Positions 36,832 to 46,265 of a DNA stretch of 64,000 nucleotides are shown piece by piece; position 1 is the first letter of the stretch; the number at the start of each line of letters is the position of its first letter. The stretch spans positions 2,483-66,482 of the forward strand of contig JBPOIR010000010.1 of assembly GCA_052034335.1 (NCBI GenBank), written 5' to 3'. This DNA comes from Pseudomonadota bacterium. Its GTDB lineage: Bacteria; Pseudomonadota; Gammaproteobacteria; UBA6186; Azoamicaceae. The notes under the pieces were generated by a model, which was not told the DNA's origin, searched no databases, and saw nothing but the letters and a program-made list of their open reading frames with translations. Position numbers and translations under genes: made by a program.

Positions 36832-36959
36832 ATCGATAAATTTCAGTTGATTATGTTTTATAAAGATCAAAGACTTTGATGAGATCGTTTTTGTCTCTGC
36901 ACTATTTTCTAACATTACAAGATAGCTGATCAACATTTCAAGTAGGACGATTCGCTCAT

Positions 36960-39710
36960 TTAATACACGACCTCTTCTTCTACGCCTATCTCTAAAGACT
37001 CTTTAATAAATGTTAAATTTAATAATTCATAAAGGCTTATCCAGTCCTCGTTAACCCTAACTTTTAAACCCGGATTGATAATGTAATGCCCCAACTTTAC
37101 CCGTAAAAAAAGTTTACGATTATACGGATCCTCTCTATAGATTTCATTTTTAGATAAAATACTCGAAATATAGGCTCTTTGTTTACGTTTTTCAGGAACA
37201 ATTCGCTCTGGAAAGTATTGCAAAGGAGCCAAAAAATCATTGACAACAAATGACCATAATTGATGACGCGCTAACTCTTTTTGATGGGCGATTGCAATCA
37301 TGGCATTAACCAGGAAAAATTCCATTTGCTTTACATCCAGTTTAATCAGTTTTCCCTCAACCTGTACATCTAAGCTGTTGGGGGACAATAAATGATAAAG
37401 TCCACTTAATTTATGTTGAGCGAACTTTTGCTCTGAAAAAGCCTTTTGAAGGATGATTTGAAATGCATTGCGCCCTAAATTATCTGTTAAAAGCGGATTT
37501 GCTCCCTTGTCTATCAGTAGTTTCACCAGTGCCTCTTGACCAAAACCACAGGCAATCATTAAAGGCGTTTGGTTAAAAATGTTTCTAAAATCTATACTAT
37601 AAGAAGCGATTTGTCGTATAACGTTGGTTGGATTAGCGGAATACCCTATAAAATATTTTCTTAGCAATAAATCTTTGTTTTTATCAGGTTTAAGAGCCGG
37701 CGTAAACCCGATGGCTGCCAAGGCATTTAATAAAGTGCGTTGTTGATAAACGAGCGCATATTCAAACAGTAATAAACGCGCTTCTTTATTTTTCAGTTGA
37801 GTATCTAAAGCTTTTTCTTGTAAAGGGATGAGAGCACTGGGCGTTAATACCTGCCAAGGGGGATTTTGTACATTTAAAATAGTATGACGTATGGCCTCTG
37901 CTTGTGTTTGTTTGCCTTGTAGCGCTAAACGATTGGCTTCTTTCTGCCATTCCTCTAAGGAAGAGTTTTGGATTTGAATCGGAACCATTTCGTGGCTAGG
38001 TTTAATACCTAACAAATCAAATAGTGGATGACTTTCTTTGTCTTCAATAAAATAGACGTTTTGAATAGCACGGGTAATGGCGACGTAGAGCGCATTAATA
38101 TAAAATTTATAAATTTCTAGCGAACGGTCATTTTTATCTTTAACGCGCCCATAAACCAATGCTTTCTCTAAATCTTCTATTGAGACATTTTCTACAATAT
38201 CTCTAAATTTTTTCTCTTCGCTGCTAATCAGGTTATATAAAATCACATTGTCGTATTCTAAACCTTTGGCTTCATAAATTGAGAATATCAACGGTGTCTG
38301 GAAATATTGACTCGCTGCTTCTTTTTGCTCCTCGCGTAACACAATCACGGCAAAGCGGGTTGACTTGGCGGTTTTTGTATTCAGTTCATGGCGTATTTCT
38401 TGAGAATTCACTAAACAGTATACTTCTCCGGCTGATGAAGATTGGCTTTCCACTAAATAATGACTTTCTTTATCAATAGAGCCGAATCTCGCATTTTTAA
38501 TTTTTAAAATTTTGTTTGCGATGGCTGTAATAGAAGCGGCATTGCGGTAATTTTTATTTAAAATTCGAATTAAATCCTGCGGTACGTGGGAGGGCTGTTC
38601 ATAAAATAAGCTTTTGACTTTAGACCACGAAAAAAAATTGGGATGAACGATTTGGTTAGAATCTCCACATAAAATAAACTGATGAGGATGCTTCAACGTT
38701 TTTAAGATAAGCGACAATTGTACAGGGGTAAAATCTTGTACTTCATCTACCACTATAAAATCATATTTACCTTGAGAAAGGCTTAAGTATTCAAAGGACA
38801 GCACATTGATATCATAAAGCCCCTGTGTGGATAAAAACTGACAATATTTTTCAAATAGCTCATAAACAATGGGTCTTTCTTCTAAATGATAAATAGACTG
38901 CTTAACGCCTAGATTTAAATATTCTTCTTTTGAAAGAAAGGGTTTATCCGTACGATTACCTGTTATAACCCCTTTAAATTCCTCATACAATTTATTTGCA
39001 TCTTCGAAACTTTTTCCCCGGTTAAATTTTTTAAGCCATCCTGCAAAAGCATAAAAATCAATCTCTTTGCCCTCAGGCACTTTGAGGGTTTCCAATAACT
39101 CCCGGTAAGATAAAAACTCAACATTTTGAGCCTCATTAGCATAATCATAAGAATAATAAAGTTGCCGCGCATTTTGCACTAAATAAGAAGAACCCGTTAC
39201 ATATAAAACTTCATTCATGCAAAGCTTTAAATGTTCCAAAGTCAGCATGGTTTTACCACTGCCCGCCGAACCTATTACAATCAAGGGTGGACGCACTAAA
39301 AATATTGCTTGTTGCACATCATCAAATGAGATAATTTTATCTAAAAAATTAAAGTGGGCATGCTGAGTATTAATATACGTTATGGGTTCAGCAGGATATT
39401 TTTCTAAACCATTATGATCTATTGCCTCAATTTTAGCTTCATCTATCTTTGTGCCCTGTAAAAACCGGGATTTCTCGTAAGCATGATTTAAAATCACCTC
39501 TAACATTAAAGCATATTTGACGCCTTGGTAGCTGACTATCTTAAATAATAAACGATTCGCGTAATCTAACTCTGCTCTGTAATACGGGGTGCTTGCCAGC
39601 TTCTTTACCTTCGCGGAGTAAAAATCATCTTGCCGTATTCGCTCAACCGTTTTTTCATATTGGCTTCTAACATTGGAAGTATCCAGTTCGTTATAACGCA
39701 ATACCTTCAT
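36960..39710 (-). CDS. UvrD/Rep-like superfamily 1 helicase with C-terminal ankyrin repeat(s)
   Basis: 916 aa. Motifs are GSAGSGKT (Walker A), IVVDEVQDF (motif II), NYRN, EAKGLEYDNVILYN and LYVAITRA. The C-terminus has TPLMIACGFGQEALVKLLIDKGANP. Confidence 0.85.
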   Translation of the reverse strand: MKVLRYNELDTSNVRSQYEKTVERIRQDDFYSAKVKKLASTPYYRAELDYANRLLFKIVSYQGVKYALMLEVILNHAYEKSRFLQGTKIDEAKIEAIDHNGLEKYPAEPITYINTQHAHFNFLDKIISFDDVQQAIFLVRPPLIVIGSAGSGKTMLTLEHLKLCMNEVLYVTGSSYLVQNARQLYYSYDYANEAQNVEFLSYRELLETLKVPEGKEIDFYAFAGWLKKFNRGKSFEDANKLYEEFKGVITGNRTDKPFLSKEEYLNLGVKQSIYHLEERPIVYELFEKYCQFLSTQGLYDINVLSFEYLSLSQGKYDFIVVDEVQDFTPVQLSLILKTLKHPHQFILCGDSNQIVHPNFFSWSKVKSLFYEQPSHVPQDLIRILNKNYRNAASITAIANKILKIKNARFGSIDKESHYLVESQSSSAGEVYCLVNSQEIRHELNTKTAKSTRFAVIVLREEQKEAASQYFQTPLIFSIYEAKGLEYDNVILYNLISSEEKKFRDIVENVSIEDLEKALVYGRVKDKNDRSLEIYKFYINALYVAITRAIQNVYFIEDKESHPLFDLLGIKPSHEMVPIQIQNSSLEEWQKEANRLALQGKQTQAEAIRHTILNVQNPPWQVLTPSALIPLQEKALDTQLKNKEARLLLFEYALVYQQRTLLNALAAIGFTPALKPDKNKDLLLRKYFIGYSANPTNVIRQIASYSIDFRNIFNQTPLMIACGFGQEALVKLLIDKGANPLLTDNLGRNAFQIILQKAFSEQKFAQHKLSGLYHLLSPNSLDVQVEGKLIKLDVKQMEFFLVNAMIAIAHQKELARHQLWSFVVNDFLAPLQYFPERIVPEKRKQRAYISSILSKNEIYREDPYNRKLFLRVKLGHYIINPGLKVRVNEDWISLYELLNLTFIKESLEIGVEEEVVY

Positions 39711-40657
39711 TGAAGCAATTCCTCACCTTGAGCAAGGCTTTCTATCCAATGTTCTTTTAAAGTCGCTTTCTTGGAAAACCGATTTTTCGCATTTATTTCT
39801 TCAACGGGTAAACATTCTGTATAAGCATAAATTTCTTCCCATAAAAATTTCAGCTCTTCTAATAACTGCTCTTCTAGCAACTCAAGAAACCAAGCTTTAT
39901 GTTTCCCGTGTCCATCAGCGCTCCAACGATACTGTCTTACTTTTAAAAGTTCTTTTTTAGCAAAGGGTGCATTAAATGCCCAAACCCTAAAAGTGATCTT
40001 TTTACTGGCATTCAGCAACGTTTTTAATACCCGCTCTTTAGAATGGGGTAGCACTTGGGATAATAGATGTACGCCAGCTAAGCAATCTGTGCTTGCACGA
40101 TGGCCCTCATAGAAAAAACCATAGCGATAGGCCAAATATTCCAATTTTGCGCTTTCTATCCCTTCTTCTCCCCAAGGAATTTGACTCATTGTGCAACCCC
40201 AAGGTTTTATAGGCATGTCTGGCCAATGTGCCTCTAAACACGCTCTATCAAAATTTGCATAATGCGCAATAATCATATCCGCTGCGTTTAAATGTTGAAA
40301 CACTTTTTGCTTACCCAGTTGACGGTTTTTAACCATCAAATCCGTGATACCCGTTAACTTAACGATATGAGGTGGAATAGATTTTCCCGGATCTTGGTAT
40401 TCACTAAACTCTTCTAAAATCCTAAAAATTCTTCCATCTGCGCCATATTCAAGAACTACCATCCCGAGTTCAATAATCTTGTCTTCCGGTATACAAAGGC
40501 CTGTACTTTCGATGTCTAAAAAAACGCCTTTAAATTTAGGAGAGCCATCATGAAGAGAATAATAAAGTGGCTTTGTATACCGCTCTATTAATCTATAAGT
40601 ATTAGACGATTTTAATTCTAAAATAGCCTGCACTAACACATTCTCTGCTAACCCCAA
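39707..40657 (-). CDS. DEDD-family (DnaQ-like) 3'-5' exonuclease
   Basis: 316 aa. Exo I is FLDIESTGL, Exo II is AHYANFD and Exo III is HRASTDC. Its stop overlaps the helicase start (ATGA). Confidence 0.8.
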   Translation of the reverse strand: MGLAENVLVQAILELKSSNTYRLIERYTKPLYYSLHDGSPKFKGVFLDIESTGLCIPEDKIIELGMVVLEYGADGRIFRILEEFSEYQDPGKSIPPHIVKLTGITDLMVKNRQLGKQKVFQHLNAADMIIAHYANFDRACLEAHWPDMPIKPWGCTMSQIPWGEEGIESAKLEYLAYRYGFFYEGHRASTDCLAGVHLLSQVLPHSKERVLKTLLNASKKITFRVWAFNAPFAKKELLKVRQYRWSADGHGKHKAWFLELLEEQLLEELKFLWEEIYAYTECLPVEEINAKNRFSKKATLKEHWIESLAQGEELLQ

Positions 40658-40663
40658 AGCGTG

Positions 40664-41107
40664 TTACTCCAATCCACTTTTAAATTTCTTTAAGAGTCGA
40701 ACCTTTACAACCCGCTGAGTAGGCTTGGCTTTAAACATCATATCTTCTCCTGTAAAGGGGTTACGTCCTTTTCTAGCTTTGGTCGCGGGTTTTGTTTTAG
40801 CCGTCATTTTAAACAATCCCGGATAAATAAATTGTCCAGGGCCGTTTTTGACTAGATGTAGTGCGACTATACATTGGATAGCTTCTAACACTTTTATCAC
40901 ATCTTTCTTGCTAACCTCTGTTTGTTCAGATAGCGTTGTCAAAAACTCAGACTTTTTATAAGGCGTTTTTGGAATACTTAACTTAGGCACTTTAACAACA
41001 TCTGTTTTTGTCTTACCCTTTAGCACCGCTTTGTGGATTTTAGGTTTTAATGCCTTACTTTGACTCTTAACCGTGGTCTTTTTAACAGCTTTTTTAACTT
41101 TTGCCAT
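40664..41107 (-). CDS. HU/IHF-family DNA-binding protein with a lysine-rich histone-H1-like N-terminal extension
   Basis: The start was set at MAKVKKAVKK (ATG at 41107), which follows AAGGAG. The C-terminal ~95 aa follow the HU pattern (...GRNPFTGE...). The track ORF extends to 41239. Confidence 0.7.
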   Translation of the reverse strand: MAKVKKAVKKTTVKSQSKALKPKIHKAVLKGKTKTDVVKVPKLSIPKTPYKKSEFLTTLSEQTEVSKKDVIKVLEAIQCIVALHLVKNGPGQFIYPGLFKMTAKTKPATKARKGRNPFTGEDMMFKAKPTQRVVKVRLLKKFKSGLE

Positions 41108-41320
41108 TTGATATCTCCTTATTATTGAATCTTTATTTATAAAACAAATTGTCCTATTTTGCAATGACTTTTTAAACGGTATCCCAAATAATTTCCTATA
41201 GATTTTTTTAATTCCATCGGTTGATTTGAAAGTTTGCAAGCGAAAAACGATAGAACGTCAATTGGTGGATGACTATTCAAGTTGGTTTCTAAATTATGAT
41301 CCAAAATTCAAAGGCATGAT

Positions 41321-41631
41321 ATGAAAAAATTAGGAAGCAAAGAACATTTGGCTGTCATTAACGTTCAAGAACCACATAGAGCACATGAAATATTAACAAT
41401 CTGTAATAAGCATGATTGGCGGGGGCGGGTGATGTGGGTCTTGAACCAGATAAAACAGAACATGTCTCGAGTGTCTATCGATTACTTAATTCATCTAAAC
41501 CTATAACCTTAGAACACGCACAGGTGGGGCATAATGAATTTTGCATGTGTGGAAGTGATAAAAAGTACAAAAAATGTTGTTTGAATAAAATCTGCTATAA
41601 AAGAAAATTGATTAACCTTGAAGTCGATTGA
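41321..41631 (+). pseudogene. SEC-C-motif metal-binding protein, apparently frameshifted near 41415-41430
   Basis: Track ORFs 41321-41506 and 41416-41631 overlap in different frames across the G-rich run GGCGGGGGCGGG. The C-terminus CMCGSDKKYKKCC is a SEC-C motif. Confidence 0.5.
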
Positions 41632-43873
41632 TAAGATTTGTTATTCTTTTGGCCGTTTTATTGTTTCTAACGGCTATTTTCAGTGCCTCTTTTTGTCCAA
41701 TAAGAACAACCAAACTTTTACCCCGAGTGATCCCCGTATAAAGCAGATTACGTTGCAACATGATATAATGTTGCTTACAAATAGGGATTACAACGGCGGG
41801 ATATTCAGAGCCTTGTGCTTTGTGAATGGTTGTAGCATAGGCCAGTGATAGTTGATCTAATTCGTTGAGCGTGTAATTAACATAATTGAGTTCATGGGTA
41901 GCAAATAATACTCTGACGAGATTGTCTTTTTTACTAATAGCTTCGATAAAGCCAATATCCCCATTAAAAACGTTTTTATCGTAATTATTTTTGGTTTGAA
42001 TGACTTTATCTCCTTGTGCAAACCAAAATTCTCCTCGCTGCACCCGATTTGCGCCATAGGGGTTTAGCTTTTGTTGTAAAGCGGCATTTAAAGATTTTAC
42101 ACCTGTTATGGAGTTTTTCATGGGTGAAAATACCTGAATGTCTACCATTGGATGATAAGCAGATCCATTGTTTTTCAAAAAATGTGTTGATATTGTATGA
42201 CAAGCAACTTCTAACACTCGTTCTTTAATTAATTGAGGCTCTTCCTCTTCTATAAAATAAAAATCGCTATCAGCACCAAAATCGTGCGGTTCTAAATCAG
42301 GACAATCACCTGCATTCACTCGGTGGGCATTGATAATAATATTTGAAGCCTGTGCTTGCCTTTGTATTTCGGTCAACCGTACCACTGGAATTGTATCTGA
42401 ACTAATTAAGTCGTTTAAAATACTGCCAGGCCCTACAGAAGGTAATTGATCCACATCGCCAATCAAAATTAGGCGAGCCTTGTTGGGCAAAGCCTGTAGT
42501 AGATAATGAAACAGAGACACATCAACCATCGACACTTCATCGACAATCAGCGTATCCACTTCGATCTGATTGTTTTGATCTTTGGCAAAATAAGAATGTC
42601 CTTCCTTTGACACCCTGGCCTCGAGCAAGCGATGGATGGAACTGCACTCAATTTTATTGTTTTGTGCGTTGACATTTAAAGCCTCTGATAACCGTCTTGC
42701 AGCTCGACCTGTAGGAGAACATCCTACGATTCTATGATGATTAAGCCCGCTTAAAACATTGGCGATACATTGAGTAATGGTGGTTTTGCCTGTGCCAGGC
42801 CCGCCCGTTATAATCACCAATTTATGAGAAATTGAGATTTGAATAGCTTGACATTGCTCCTGATTAAGCGTCCAATTTCTACATTGCTCTATTTCAGCAA
42901 TCGCTTTTTCAACTTGCGTTGATAGAGAATGATCGGCTGCATGTTTATTAAGGGTTTTTATTTTCAGAGCAATAGCCCGTTCATAGTCATCAAATTTTTT
43001 AAGACCCACTAGGGTCGCCTGATCAATCTTATAACAAACAACTTGTTTATTTTGCACAAGCGTGCAAAAGGGTTCAGTGAGCAGGGTTTGATCTATTCCT
43101 AATAGTTTTTCAGTGCTTGATATAAGTTCTTCAGACCTATTGAAACAATGCCCTGCCATATTGCTTTCCAGAAGAATATGCAAGAACCCCGCTTGGATCC
43201 TAAAAGACGAATCAAGTGAGATCTGTAGATTGAGCGCAATTTGATCTGATTTTTGAAATCCAAAGCCTTTTACTTTTTCAATCAAAATATAAGGATTCTG
43301 AGAGATCACCGGAATAACATTTTCCTTATACTCATCAATTAATTTTTTGAGTGACATAGAGCCAACGCCTAGGCCTATTAACCAGATCCTTTCTGTCTCA
43401 TACTTTTTGTAGGTTGTTAGATATGCTTCAAATCCTTTTTTAACGCGAGTCCAATTTTTCTTACTGGCACCGATAATGGGTTTTACCAAATCAAAATTTT
43501 CCTCGATCGCTTCCAAAGTCTTTTCACCAAAAGCGGCGACAATCTTTTTAGCGGAGGCTGAACCAATCCCCTTAATAATCCCAGAACTCAGATATTTCTC
43601 TATGGCATCTCTCTGGCAAGGCGGCTTAATATTTACTTGGGTCGCGTTAAATTGAGAGCCAAATTTAGGATGGGTGATCCACTCACCCTCACAGTCAATA
43701 TGCTCCCCTAGGATGATGCTAGGTAGATTGGCGATAACAACAGCCAGTTCTTTAGAACCATCAACCCTTATTTTTAGGACACAATAGCCATTCTCTTCAT
43801 TATGGAATGTTATATTTTCGATGGAGCCACTGATCTTTGTAACTGATTTAATAGATGACGAAAGATAAATCAT
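41612..43873 (-). CDS. RecD2-like SF1B ATP-dependent DNA helicase
   Basis: 753 aa. The N-terminus is G.IENITFHNEENGYCVLK. Other motifs are GGPGTGKTT, LIVDEVSMVD, LILIGDVDQLPSVGPG and TIHKAQGSEYP. Confidence 0.85.
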   Translation of the reverse strand: MIYLSSSIKSVTKISGSIENITFHNEENGYCVLKIRVDGSKELAVVIANLPSIILGEHIDCEGEWITHPKFGSQFNATQVNIKPPCQRDAIEKYLSSGIIKGIGSASAKKIVAAFGEKTLEAIEENFDLVKPIIGASKKNWTRVKKGFEAYLTTYKKYETERIWLIGLGVGSMSLKKLIDEYKENVIPVISQNPYILIEKVKGFGFQKSDQIALNLQISLDSSFRIQAGFLHILLESNMAGHCFNRSEELISSTEKLLGIDQTLLTEPFCTLVQNKQVVCYKIDQATLVGLKKFDDYERAIALKIKTLNKHAADHSLSTQVEKAIAEIEQCRNWTLNQEQCQAIQISISHKLVIITGGPGTGKTTITQCIANVLSGLNHHRIVGCSPTGRAARRLSEALNVNAQNNKIECSSIHRLLEARVSKEGHSYFAKDQNNQIEVDTLIVDEVSMVDVSLFHYLLQALPNKARLILIGDVDQLPSVGPGSILNDLISSDTIPVVRLTEIQRQAQASNIIINAHRVNAGDCPDLEPHDFGADSDFYFIEEEEPQLIKERVLEVACHTISTHFLKNNGSAYHPMVDIQVFSPMKNSITGVKSLNAALQQKLNPYGANRVQRGEFWFAQGDKVIQTKNNYDKNVFNGDIGFIEAISKKDNLVRVLFATHELNYVNYTLNELDQLSLAYATTIHKAQGSEYPAVVIPICKQHYIMLQRNLLYTGITRGKSLVVLIGQKEALKIAVRNNKTAKRITNLINRLQG

Positions 43874-44198
43874 GGATCGTCCTGTATGAGCCGCTATTCG
43901 TGATTAATAAGATTGTCTATTGGCTCTCATGTTAACCGATTCTGTCAAGGCGCACTGTACATCACTGGCGGGGTGTAAGCAAACGCAAAAGCTTACTGGA
44001 CAATCATCTTCAACTTTGGATAAAAATAGTTTGTTAACTATAACACTTCAGTGTAAACTGCATGGTTCATAGCCTCTCTTGTAAAGCGGTTTTACTCATC
44101 TTAGCTGTAAGATAGTATACTCCAATTCATATGAGTCTGAAGAAATGTAATAAATCCAACTATAACCTGTTCAGATTTCAACTGTTAAAAATATTCAG

Positions 44199-44350
44199 TT
44201 GCGGTTCTGCGAGTACTGAGTATAATCCCGCTTAAATCATTGCGTGATTTTTGCGTGCTTCAGTTAACCTTTGTGGTACATGGCCAGCCATTTGTAACGG
44301 GCGGTTGGCGATTAAAAATGTTTATAAATCAAGGTATTAAGTTTAAGTTT
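44199..44350 (+). repeat. 'Island-end' repeat unit, copy C (promoter-like TTGCGG-16-TATAAT plus sequence homologous to the 92-bp repeat), abutting the tRNA fragment
   Basis: TATAAT is at 44221-44226. TTGTGGTACATGGCCAGCCATTTGTAACGGGCGGTTGGCGATTAAAAATG... aligns with 33199-33290 and 34311-34402. Confidence 0.55.
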
Positions 44351-44400
44351 ACTGATTCGTAATCAGTAGGTCTGCGGTTCGATTCCGCACTTCGGCACCA
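44351..44400 (+). pseudogene. 3' half of a tRNA-Thr(CGU): anticodon arm, variable loop, T arm, acceptor 3' strand, CCA. There is no 5' half, so this is an att-site remnant
   Basis: The anticodon arm ACTGA-TTCGTAA-TCAGT carries anticodon CGT. It is followed by AGGTC, then TGCGG-TTCGATT-CCGCA, then CTTCGGC-A-CCA. The 26 nt upstream cannot form a D arm or the acceptor 5' strand GCCGAAG. Confidence 0.8.
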
Positions 44401-44453
44401 ATAAAACCTTGTCTATACCGGACAGATAAGTTACAAATTATTGAAAAGGGGGA

Positions 44454-45443
44454 TTGAAAATGAGTGTAAATACGACAGAAATAGCAAGAAATTTATCTAC
44501 GAAAGAACGGGTAGAAAATTTTTTGAATAATTATGAACAAATTGTTCGGAATATCGCAGAAGCTGTAAAAAATAAAGACTTAGAACAATTAAGAATAATA
44601 GCATATCAGTATTTTAATTTAGGGAGAGCAGCTGGGGCGAGAGGATTCATTGGGGAGGTGGCTTATACCTTATATCCGGCGTTTCAACAGGGGAACCTAT
44701 CAGGAGTTGAAACATTTTTGAAAAATCAATTTCCTCGCTTAAAAGCATTTCTCGAGAATAGATTAGCGTCATTATCTCAGGACGTAGCATCTGTTGTGCC
44801 CAGGGCGCCATATTGGCAAGGGGCGGGAGTACCAGTACCGCCAAACGCTTCTGTGTATGTTATACACGGCGGTGGGTTGCAGTATATTTTAGATTGGCTA
44901 AAAGGCAAGGAAGAAGGTTATAAGCTTGAGGGACCGGGCAAAGGAATACAAGTCATTCCTTCATTAAAACAGCCTTCACTCTCTGATACGACGCGTGACT
45001 ATGCAACTGATCGTTCAGCTAAATCTTTGGATTATCCTGCCTACCTTTGTGCAGAAATCGAAGCCCAATATTTAGATAGCGCCTCTGGAGACGGGGAAGC
45101 TGGCGTCCGAACCGAGCTCCGACAGCATCTTAAAAACATAGAAGTTGAGCCTTGTTTAGACAAACAGCCATCTATCGCTAAAAGCGAATTTGAAAAAATA
45201 CCTAAATCCATTTTATTTGAAGCTTTTAAAATAAAAGGATCGTTAAATTTTTTAAATGAAAGAGAGCGTCATTTTGATACAGGACCTGTTGAAATTACAC
45301 ATTTTTTTAATGTTTTTAAGAATGCAAAAAATTATAAACAATTAGAGGGAGTTGTTTCAATAATTCAAGATTATGTTCCAGCAGAATTAGAGATTTCCTG
45401 TTTGAAAGTGCTCCAAAAACCTTGCTGGAAAAACGGATGTTAA
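44454..45443 (+). CDS. Hypothetical protein
   Basis: 329-aa ORF with no recognisable motifs. It is the first gene after the tRNA fragment. Confidence 0.5.
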   Translation: MKMSVNTTEIARNLSTKERVENFLNNYEQIVRNIAEAVKNKDLEQLRIIAYQYFNLGRAAGARGFIGEVAYTLYPAFQQGNLSGVETFLKNQFPRLKAFLENRLASLSQDVASVVPRAPYWQGAGVPVPPNASVYVIHGGGLQYILDWLKGKEEGYKLEGPGKGIQVIPSLKQPSLSDTTRDYATDRSAKSLDYPAYLCAEIEAQYLDSASGDGEAGVRTELRQHLKNIEVEPCLDKQPSIAKSEFEKIPKSILFEAFKIKGSLNFLNERERHFDTGPVEITHFFNVFKNAKNYKQLEGVVSIIQDYVPAELEISCLKVLQKPCWKNGC

Positions 45444-45623
45444 ATCTCAACTCAGGCGCCTCGTAATTTTAGCTCCCCAACTGTGGGTGGCCTGTCTAAC
45501 CAATATTTCGGTGCCAATTTCTTGTTTTAATGCCTTGAGATTACTATGCTCTAGTAATCAGGATTCGTTGCGGTGCGCTATTTAAGCACATTTTTAATTT
45601 TACATCACTTAAGGAAGAGAAAG

Positions 45624-46265
45624 ATGAAATTTTATTACGCAGCAATATTCACATTTTTGCTGTGTTGCCAGAATCAAGCGATGGCTTATAATCCAAACAT
45701 GTCTCCCAAAGAGGCTTTACAACTTTTAATGGATGGTAATGAGCGATTTGTGAATGATAAATCGCTTTGTCCCGATCGCAATCAAGAGAGGCGTGCAGCG
45801 ATTGCGGCTAAACAAAGACCGTTTGCTGTCATATTGGGCTGTTCTGATTCACGCGTTCCGCCAGAACTTGCGTTTGATCAGGGGCTTGGTGATATATTTA
45901 CGGTACGTGTTGCAGGGAATGTGGTTGGTCCTACAGAATTAGACAGTGTGGCATATTCTGTCATTTATAATGGTTCCGCGATTATTCTGGTTTTAGGCCA
46001 TGAAAATTGTGGTGCAGTCTCAGCGGTGCTCGCACGTACGACACACGATATTCCGGCTGTCGCAAAATTGATTACACCTGCAATTAATACAAAAACGCAT
46101 ACAACAATGGAAGCTGCTGTTAAAGCCAATGTTTATAATAGTGTGATGCGTATTAAACAATCTTCGTCTATCGCTAAATTGATCAAGGCAGGAAAAGTAA
46201 ATGTCGTTGGCGCTTTGTATGATTTAGACACGGGGAAGGTTCAGCTTTTACCAGAGCAAGAATAG
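45624..46265 (+). CDS. Beta-class carbonic anhydrase with signal peptide
   Basis: CSDSRVPPE and GHENCGAV are zinc-ligand motifs. The start was set at MKFYYAAIF, preceded by AAGGAAGAG. Confidence 0.85.
   Translation: MKFYYAAIFTFLLCCQNQAMAYNPNMSPKEALQLLMDGNERFVNDKSLCPDRNQERRAAIAAKQRPFAVILGCSDSRVPPELAFDQGLGDIFTVRVAGNVVGPTELDSVAYSVIYNGSAIILVLGHENCGAVSAVLARTTHDIPAVAKLITPAINTKTHTTMEAAVKANVYNSVMRIKQSSSIAKLIKAGKVNVVGALYDLDTGKVQLLPEQE

Noticed and set aside
44270..44400. Similarity of GGTACATGGCC...GGGCGGTTGGCGATTAAAAA to the pseudoknot-1 region of tmRNA, followed by a tRNA-like 3' end; is this a tmRNA?
   Set aside because: The acceptor strand CTTCGGCACCA pairs with GCCGAAG and lacks the G3:U70 alanine identity pair. 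There is no GGGG 5' end. The distance to the 3' end is far too short for a one-piece tmRNA. The anticodon arm is a normal Thr(CGU) arm.
44325..44400. A complete tRNA-Thr gene
   Set aside because: The 26 nt upstream of the anticodon stem cannot form a D arm, and the acceptor 5' strand is absent. Only the 3' 50 nt are tRNA-like.
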